Positions 57,799 to 64,000 of a DNA stretch of 64,000 bases are shown in pieces. The notes beneath the pieces are model-generated. The model saw only the letters and a list, made by a program, of their open reading frames with translations. It made no database searches and was not told the origin of the DNA. The stretch is from an uncultured Chthoniobacterales bacterium (GTDB taxonomy: Bacteria > Verrucomicrobiota > Verrucomicrobiia > Chthoniobacterales > CALDSX01), in NCBI GenBank assembly GCA_937924445.1, contig CALDSX010000001.1, positions 33,802 to 97,801 of the forward strand. Direction: 5' to 3'. Every line of letters begins with the position of its first letter. Within the stretch, counting starts at the first letter, position 1. A program made the translations under genes and the position numbers.

Positions 57799-60600
57799 TT
57801 GCAGTCAGTTTGCTGTATGAACAAAACCCCCTTCTCAAGTAGTGTCGTTATCAATCCCCGTCGCATAAAATTGTCTGTGCCAGAATTGAACGAAAAAGTT
57901 CTCACGGAGGTTTTTGAGAGGTTCGACGCCCTCTGCACGACAGATTTGCCCAGAGCCCGCCTGACTGGACCAAGGATGGTGCTTTTTGGTTCGCCTGCGG
58001 TTGGTTACGGCAAAAGCCATTTGATCGGTCGACTCTTCGAGAGGACTACCGGGCGGGGCTTTGGGATATATTTACGACCATTCGAGGACCCGGTCCAGCC
58101 GTGGGTCTCGATTTTACTAACGACCATCCAAGAGTTGCTTCGTCCGGAGGCTGGGAAAAGCACTTCAAACTTGCGTGGCTTTGCCAGGAGAATTCTCGGA
58201 CGGTTGATGGCAATGTTCATCGAAGAGAACAACGCAAACGAAGAGGCGTTCCTTGTGGCTGCCCGCAAACTACGCACCGCCCCCGAGGATTTGTTCGAAC
58301 ATTCGGAGGACGGGTCACAGTGGCGAGATTGGTTTGTGAGCAATTTCCAAGAGGCGGGGCCACATCTGCCTGAGTTTTTGATACAGCAGGGTCTGAACCT
58401 CGATGGGCGCGAGGATTCCTGGGTCAAAGCGCTGTTTGCCTGCGGTTTTTTGTCTGGAAACGGCGCTCATGATCTCCACCAGCGGGTGGCTCTCAAGTGG
58501 TTGCGGGCGGAGGCCCTGGACAAACTCGAAACCACCCTTCTCGGAATCAACCCCGCCGATAATGACGGGCATCCAGAAGACGGCCCTGAGCAGAGAAACG
58601 AACTGGCGCGACGACGTTTCAGGGATTTGCTCGAGCTTGCGCGATTTGACCGGCCGTTTCTCATCTGCTTTGACCAAACAGAAGCCTATTCAAGGTCGCC
58701 CGCTCTGGCGTCCACTTTCGGAGCGGTCATCGAACACCTCGTCGAGGAAGTGCCCAATCATTTAGCAGTGGCAGCTGTGAATCAAGGTCAATGGTTTGAG
58801 AAGCTGCTCGGCTCAATAAAGCCAAGCCTCCGCAACCAGCTTTCCGAGTTGTTTCTGCTCGAGGGTATTGATCGAAAACTTGGCCGGGCGCTCATCGAAA
58901 TGCGACTTGCGGAAGCAAAAATATCCCCGAAAGATGCCGATGCATTTTTGAGACAAGATTGGCTGGAGAGTTTCTTCAACAAGACCCCTCAACCCTCTCC
59001 ACAGAGACTTCTAGGGCTCGCCGAGGAGAAATGGCGTATCTTCAAGGGGTTGCCAAGTGTGCCCGAGATTTCGAGCACCACGTTTTTTGATCAGTTTTTG
59101 GCCGATACCCGCGCGGAAAGTCGTGGAGAAAATCCGTTGTTTCAGTTGGATGATCTCAATTGGCTAATTAGCACGCTCGGTTATCCGGAGCATGGAGAGG
59201 TGATCAGCGTTGAAGGTAACCGCCATTTCTCAACTGTTTGGAGAGATGGCGGCCGTTCTATTTATCTAGCGCTTGAACCAGGCGATAATCTGCAGCGATG
59301 GCAATCTATCGTTGCGGAAGCACGTCGCCTCATTCCCACCCCCACTTCAAAGGAATGTCAGTGCATCGTGATTCGGACTTCGGATCTTCCTCAAATCCCA
59401 AAACCCACATGGAAGGCGGCTGGTGATGACATTCTGCAAGTCATGGACAAATTGCTTTCGATTTTTATTCTTCAAGTTTCTCAAGTCGAGGCACTCAGAG
59501 CCGCGCGGATTTTGGATCTAGAAAGCTCTGCGGCAGGCATCCCTTTTCCACGTGAAACAGTTATCGACTGGATTCGCAAAGCGCTTTGGGGCATTATTCA
59601 GTCTCTCTTTCCGCCGGGTATTTCTTCCGGCATAGCATCTGACACAAAAAAAAAGTCCTCGGCTACAGCGCAGACCGGGTCGCATGCTCTTGATGTACCG
59701 GTGCCGTTCACTCCTCTAGATCAAATTCTAGAAACCGCTCAATCCCCCAATGGAAAAGGCTCTTCCAATCTCTCAATCGCAACGACGAAGGATTCTGATT
59801 CGTCTGCTGCCATTCCAAAAGAACTTCCCCCGAACCCAGCGCCACGCCGGCCAGTTATCGCGATTTCGACGGTCACCAAACCGGTTAAAATGATTGCATC
59901 GAAAAAATCTGGCGACATCAAACCTTTTTCTTCCGAGAAAAAATCTGAGGTGCATCATAAAGCTCCGGCGATTTTTCGGCGCACACTCATCCCGCGAACT
60001 TCAACAAAAACACCAGGCCTAATCAGCGCAGGTCGGTTAGTTGCAAGTAAGCAACCACCAGAGATAAAAGACGAAAATCACCAACGGGTATCGCTTCTAT
60101 CCGTTGCTCTGCTGGAGCAAATGGCACGGCATCAAAGCGGTCAAATCGGCTCAGGCACAGAATCGGCACTTGCCAGCGCTACACCTGATCAGAGTACTAT
60201 TCCTCAACAAGCCAGTGGCAAACGCATGGCCGATTTGTTGCTGAAAAAACTGTTCACCCAGAGCTATCGAGGCCAATCTAACGAGGGCGCGCCTACTAAG
60301 CTGGGCATCAAACCCGCTCTGCTGAGGCCGAGCGGGTCCGCTCCTGGCATTCGAGAGAAGATGCCTCTGTGGTTATGCGCCCCAATGCGTCGTCATATTG
60401 TCGAGCCAAGTCTGCGAGATGCAGCCCGCATTGTGGAAGCGGTTCGAGAAGCGCGTTTTATCGCATTGCCAGACCTGCTTTCGAAATTATCTCCTCCGGT
60501 GGCATGTGAAGTGGTCTTGGCAACTTTGGAGCGGCACCCGAATGTGACGGTTTTTGGGGAACAAAATAATTTGGTGTATCAATGGCAACAAGACGTCTGA
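57799..60600 (+). CDS. large P-loop NTPase (ORC/AAA_16-like, widely spaced Walker A and B) with low-complexity linker and small C-terminal domain
   Basis: Walker A-like LFGSPAVGYGKSHLIGRL (GKS at nt 58009-58017) and Walker B-like RPFLICFDQTEAY (nt 58657-58683). A Ser/Thr/Pro/Lys-rich segment runs from about nt 59611 to 60363, and a helical C-terminal domain covers 60364-60597. The track start is a TTG; the first ATG is 57817. Confidence 0.7.
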   Translation: MQSVCCMNKTPFSSSVVINPRRIKLSVPELNEKVLTEVFERFDALCTTDLPRARLTGPRMVLFGSPAVGYGKSHLIGRLFERTTGRGFGIYLRPFEDPVQPWVSILLTTIQELLRPEAGKSTSNLRGFARRILGRLMAMFIEENNANEEAFLVAARKLRTAPEDLFEHSEDGSQWRDWFVSNFQEAGPHLPEFLIQQGLNLDGREDSWVKALFACGFLSGNGAHDLHQRVALKWLRAEALDKLETTLLGINPADNDGHPEDGPEQRNELARRRFRDLLELARFDRPFLICFDQTEAYSRSPALASTFGAVIEHLVEEVPNHLAVAAVNQGQWFEKLLGSIKPSLRNQLSELFLLEGIDRKLGRALIEMRLAEAKISPKDADAFLRQDWLESFFNKTPQPSPQRLLGLAEEKWRIFKGLPSVPEISSTTFFDQFLADTRAESRGENPLFQLDDLNWLISTLGYPEHGEVISVEGNRHFSTVWRDGGRSIYLALEPGDNLQRWQSIVAEARRLIPTPTSKECQCIVIRTSDLPQIPKPTWKAAGDDILQVMDKLLSIFILQVSQVEALRAARILDLESSAAGIPFPRETVIDWIRKALWGIIQSLFPPGISSGIASDTKKKSSATAQTGSHALDVPVPFTPLDQILETAQSPNGKGSSNLSIATTKDSDSSAAIPKELPPNPAPRRPVIAISTVTKPVKMIASKKSGDIKPFSSEKKSEVHHKAPAIFRRTLIPRTSTKTPGLISAGRLVASKQPPEIKDENHQRVSLLSVALLEQMARHQSGQIGSGTESALASATPDQSTIPQQASGKRMADLLLKKLFTQSYRGQSNEGAPTKLGIKPALLRPSGSAPGIREKMPLWLCAPMRRHIVEPSLRDAARIVEAVREARFIALPDLLSKLSPPVACEVVLATLERHPNVTVFGEQNNLVYQWQQDV

Positions 60601-62456
60601 AATTGTTCGACTTAGCCGAGAGTATTACCTGCTTATCAACCGACCCCTTAAAGGAGCAACTGGAGCAACGTATTCAATTGACGCAGTTTGAGGAACTGGC
60701 CTCGAGCCTTGTTAACCACCTTCTTCATGGCGAAGGGCCGGAGCCTCCAACGGCATCCAGGCTCTGGCATTTTCTGCACGACCGGCTGGCAAGGGATATC
60801 TTAGCGCAACAGGCCATGAATGAAACGTCGCTCGCTGCAGCGGCTTTTGCCAGACGTTTGTCCAATTTTTGCTCCCGTCTTGTGGCACTCTGGAAAAGAG
60901 CCGGACAGGAGGTCGGATGGAAAGAAATTTTTCCCGCGCACAGGTTTGAGAGCCCCCGGCTCTCCCTGCCCGATTGCCAGTCTATAGATCTGGCTGTGCC
61001 TTTGCACCGCATCTGGAGGGGACCAGACGGGACACTGAAGATCTCGGCCGTGCGCCTTTCTGATGCGGGTGTGGACGCAACAGGCTCAGTCGAGCTGGCG
61101 ATTCTTTTGAAGATTGTTAAGGGGGCGATGCCGGACTCCGATGTAGGTGCCATTTTTGAATTTTACCTGCCAGAGCGCAAAGAAGTGGCCGTTGCGCTCT
61201 CAGATCTTGAAAGGGTTTTTGAACGGGTTGTTCTTCCGACAGTTCGTGCGTTCTATCGAAGGACATCGGATACCAAAAATGACGGGGAGGAAAGGCCGCG
61301 CATAGATGTTGCCACAGAGGGCGCGGTGCAATCGGCCAAAGCCCAAGGGGAAATCGCACGCAAATTGGTGACGCCTGTTGTGAATTTGGGCGTGATGAAC
61401 ATTCGGCAACAGCTCTGGAGTGCTCTGAAGTTGCAAGAACTCAAGGCGCAGGTTGTTGGCAGTCTCTCGGCTCCTCAGGTGATTCGCTATATTCTCCAGC
61501 CTGGTCTTCGCGAGACCCCCGAGCACTATAGGGCCGCCGCAGAGAATTTGCAGAAGGCTCTAAAGCTTCTTTACCCACCGCTTGTCTTCGAAGAGAAGAA
61601 TGGAAAAGTTTCCATTGATTTGCCTCGTGCTATGCCGCGCGTGGTGACATTGCGAACATTTTTAAACGAGGAGGGCGCTCCTGCGCCGGGACATCCTCTG
61701 GCATTCTACCTTGGTGTTGAAGTCGGTCATCTTCCGCTCCTTGCCGACCTTTGCAGCAAAGAAAGTGCCCATCTCATCGCGGGAGGTAGTTGCGGATCGG
61801 GCAAAAGTCAGTTTTTGCGTGCTGTAGTGGGCTGCCTAGCGAGCTGCAACACGCCGGGCTTGATCGGTTTTTCTCTTATTGATCTCGGCGGGGGTGGGTT
61901 TGATTGTTTGGGTGAGCATTCATTACATCTCGCCGGCCCTGTTGTGCAAGAATGCGAGGAGGCTCTGGAGATTCTCACCGGAGCAGCCTCCGCCATTGGG
62001 GAGAGAAAAGCGTTGCTCACCTCAGAGGGCGGCTGCTCCATTTGGGAACGGTGGCAGAACGGTCTCTGCGATCTCCGCCTTGAAATCATTTCTATAGATG
62101 AAACGCTGCCGTTGGCGGCACGGGCCTCTCCTTTTTCAGAGGAATTCGAGCGTCTTGCTTTCAAAATAATAACCGAAGGCCAGCAAGTGGGAATTCATCT
62201 CCTCATGGCAACGCGCGGAGCTACCCCCGACGAATTTCCCAAATCGGTGCTTGCAAAAATACCCCAGCGACTCGTTTTTCAAACCGCCACATCTTCGGAG
62301 TCTCGGTATTTTCTTGGTTTTGATGGCGCTGAGCGTTTGCTCGGGCGCGGGGATTTTCTGTTTCTACGCAACGGAGGTCTCTGTCGTGGTCAATCGCTCG
62401 CGGTTGACGATCAGCAACTCACGGAAATTCTTTCCAAAGAGGATGCTACTTTTTGA
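60582..62456 (+). CDS. soluble FtsK/SpoIIIE-family ATPase (no TM anchor, no gamma domain) with unassigned N-terminal domain
   Basis: The C-terminal 330 aa or so align by eye to the FtsK alpha/beta motor: ...VIRYILQPGLRE...VSIDLPRAMPRVVTLR..., HLIAGGSCGSGKSQFL (Lys codon 61803-61805), EIISIDETLPL (DE at 62097-62102), GIHLLMATRGATPD, RLVFQTATSSESRYFLG and GAERLLGRGDFLF. The ATG lies 19 nt inside the upstream gene. Confidence 0.8.
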   Translation: MATRRLKLFDLAESITCLSTDPLKEQLEQRIQLTQFEELASSLVNHLLHGEGPEPPTASRLWHFLHDRLARDILAQQAMNETSLAAAAFARRLSNFCSRLVALWKRAGQEVGWKEIFPAHRFESPRLSLPDCQSIDLAVPLHRIWRGPDGTLKISAVRLSDAGVDATGSVELAILLKIVKGAMPDSDVGAIFEFYLPERKEVAVALSDLERVFERVVLPTVRAFYRRTSDTKNDGEERPRIDVATEGAVQSAKAQGEIARKLVTPVVNLGVMNIRQQLWSALKLQELKAQVVGSLSAPQVIRYILQPGLRETPEHYRAAAENLQKALKLLYPPLVFEEKNGKVSIDLPRAMPRVVTLRTFLNEEGAPAPGHPLAFYLGVEVGHLPLLADLCSKESAHLIAGGSCGSGKSQFLRAVVGCLASCNTPGLIGFSLIDLGGGGFDCLGEHSLHLAGPVVQECEEALEILTGAASAIGERKALLTSEGGCSIWERWQNGLCDLRLEIISIDETLPLAARASPFSEEFERLAFKIITEGQQVGIHLLMATRGATPDEFPKSVLAKIPQRLVFQTATSSESRYFLGFDGAERLLGRGDFLFLRNGGLCRGQSLAVDDQQLTEILSKEDATF

Positions 62457-62531
62457 ATAATCGACGATAAGTTGAGCAAATTCGAAATGGCATATTGCAA
62501 AAAGATTTGAGCGTTATAATCTCCGCCGACA

Positions 62532-64000
62532 ATGAACGATACCGCCTCTGACTGGGATATTCAGGCCGCGCTTTCCACCTACAATATAGATCGATGGGGC
62601 GGCGGTCATTTCACAATCAATGATAAAGGGAATGTTGAAGTGCGACCAACCGGGGATCCCTCATCAGCCGTAGACGTCATGGACATCATCGCGGAAGCAC
62701 GCGGGCGTGCCCTGAGCTTTCCGCTCGTCATCCGCTTTCAAGACCTTCTGCGTCACCGCGTGAAAATCGTCAATGAAGCTTTTCGCACCGCTATAGCCGA
62801 ACTTGGTTTTCAAGGCCGCTACCTAGGTGTCTTTCCTATTAAAGTTAATCAACTCCGCGAGGTCGTCGAGGAGATCATGGATGCTGGTCAAGAGTACGAT
62901 TTTGGCCTCGAAGCCGGAAGCAAACCTGAATTAATCGCTGCTCTTGCCGTCCACAGTAACCCGCAAAGTCTCATTGTCTGCAACGGTTACAAAGATGCTT
63001 CCTTTATTCGTAACGCGCTTCTCGGACGACGACTTGGCAAGAAGATCATTCTGGTCGTCGAAAAAATCGAGGAACTCTCACATATTCTTAGTATCTCACG
63101 CGAAATGAGCGTGGAACCAATAATCGGCATCCGCGTTCGGCTCCAGTCGAAAAGTAGCGGTAAATGGGCGCTCAGCGGCGGAGAGAATGCCAAGTTCGGA
63201 CTTTGCACAGCAGAGTTAATGGAGGCTTGTGGAATACTTCGCGAAGCCGGTCTTGTTCAGGCCCTTAAAATGATTCACTTCCATGTTGGCTCGCAGGTGC
63301 CCGACATCGTTACCATCAAACGCGCATCCCGGGAGGCTGCCAGATTTTATGTAAAACTCCGCCGCATGGGTTTTCCATTGGAACTCATTGACGTCGGAGG
63401 TGGTCTCGGGGTGGATTACGACGGCTCTCATTCCAACTTTGAGAGTTCGACAAACTATTCCCTTGGGGAATACGCTCGTGACATCGTTTATAATATCATG
63501 GACGTCTGCGATTCGGAGAGCGTCTCACACCCCAACATTGTCAGCGAAAGCGGTCGCGCCATCGTTGCTCATCACTCGCTCCTTGTTATTGAAGCTTTTT
63601 CCTCCGTCACAAAAACGCGTCCAGATATGGACCTCACCCCGTGCGAAACGGACCACAAGCTAGCCCGAGAAATTTTGGAGATCGCTGCAAGCCTCTCTGA
63701 AGAGCGTCGCCTGGAGAACTTCCACGACGCACAGCAAATTAAGGAACAAACTCAGTCCATGTTCGAACTCGGCCTCATGGAACTTGAGCAAAAAGCCAAA
63801 ATCGAAAACGCGTTTTGGGCCATCGCCGCACGCACCGTGCAGCTTTTCAAAGGGTCCCGTTACATCCCCGAGGAGGTGCGTGAAATAGAAACACTACTCG
63901 CCGACCAGTATGTTTGCAATTTTTCCGTTTTTCAATCATTGCTTGATCACTGGGCACTCGGACAACTCTTTCCCGTCATGCCAGTGCATCGCCTAAACGA
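62532..64000 (+). CDS. speA: biosynthetic arginine decarboxylase; 3' end cut by window edge (not in ORF track)
   Basis: My translation from ATG 62532 stays open to the window end: MNDTASDWDIQAALSTYNIDRWGGGHF...VFPIKVNQLREVVEEI...GLEAGSKPELIAAL...IVCNGYKD...HFHVGSQV...DVGGGLGVDYDGS...SESGRAIVAHHS. This is collinear with E. coli SpeA as I recall it. Confidence 0.9.
   Translation, partial: MNDTASDWDIQAALSTYNIDRWGGGHFTINDKGNVEVRPTGDPSSAVDVMDIIAEARGRALSFPLVIRFQDLLRHRVKIVNEAFRTAIAELGFQGRYLGVFPIKVNQLREVVEEIMDAGQEYDFGLEAGSKPELIAALAVHSNPQSLIVCNGYKDASFIRNALLGRRLGKKIILVVEKIEELSHILSISREMSVEPIIGIRVRLQSKSSGKWALSGGENAKFGLCTAELMEACGILREAGLVQALKMIHFHVGSQVPDIVTIKRASREAARFYVKLRRMGFPLELIDVGGGLGVDYDGSHSNFESSTNYSLGEYARDIVYNIMDVCDSESVSHPNIVSESGRAIVAHHSLLVIEAFSSVTKTRPDMDLTPCETDHKLAREILEIAASLSEERRLENFHDAQQIKEQTQSMFELGLMELEQKAKIENAFWAIAARTVQLFKGSRYIPEEVREIETLLADQYVCNFSVFQSLLDHWALGQLFPVMPVHRLN

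Noticed and set aside
60582-61376. PD-(D/E)xK (Cas4/RecB-like) nuclease motif in the N-terminal domain of the FtsK-like protein (IDLAV...DGTLKISAVRLSD...VELAILLK)
   Set aside because: The spacing is suggestive, but the expected E-x-K is not present (ISAVRL and ELAILLK do not fit). I cannot support this without a profile or structure comparison.
62515-62520. Perfect TATAAT 11 nt upstream of the speA ATG as a promoter -10
   Set aside because: The nearest -35-like hexamer (TTGCAA) is only 14 nt away, and the position would imply an almost leaderless mRNA. The promoter consensus for this lineage is also uncertain.
1-64000. CRISPR arrays, rRNA genes, tmRNA/RNase P-like RNAs, prophage or integron structures
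   Set aside because: Reading both strands, I noticed no regularly spaced direct repeats, no rRNA-like conserved stretches, and no integrase or phage structural genes.

Overview
This is a 64-kb chromosomal window from a moderately GC-rich Gram-negative bacterium. Gene content and protein style suggest the PVC/Verrucomicrobiota group, but that is an unverified guess. Most of the window is housekeeping. It holds a partial COG0523 GTPase, cimA, a stand-alone S14, a BASS transporter, kpsF and an rplI-dnaB-purD operon. A partial dcw cluster follows (mraZ-rsmH-ftsL-ftsI-murE-murF-mraY-murD-LysM-ftsW). After that come rdgB, leuS, a nuclease-uvrD pair, lemA with an M48 protease, nrdR, a HIT gene, cydAB, a GH78 rhamnosidase, nuoEF, an orphan DNA methyltransferase, an Aas-like fusion, tRNA-Ser(GGA), a membrane-fused spermidine-synthase homologue and a partial speA that runs off the 3' edge and is absent from the ORF track. 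I saw no rRNA genes and no CRISPR array. The only mobile DNA is a dead IS1380-family element at 12638-14208, which keeps its terminal inverted repeats around a multiply disrupted transposase. The most unusual locus is an overlapping two-gene cassette at 57.8-62.5 kb. It pairs a 933-aa P-loop protein, whose Walker A and B motifs are widely separated, with a soluble FtsK/SpoIIIE-type motor that lacks both the membrane anchor and the gamma domain and carries an unassigned N-terminal domain. I cannot match this cassette to any named system from memory. Secondary points of interest:
- three 10-bp-phased GTGGG boxes upstream of mraZ
- a bitopic double-LysM protein inside the dcw cluster
- a cysteine-less stand-alone S14 near the COG0523 GTPase
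- an S41-peptidase homologue with both catalytic residues apparently replaced
- a gene split by a frameshift at a G5 run
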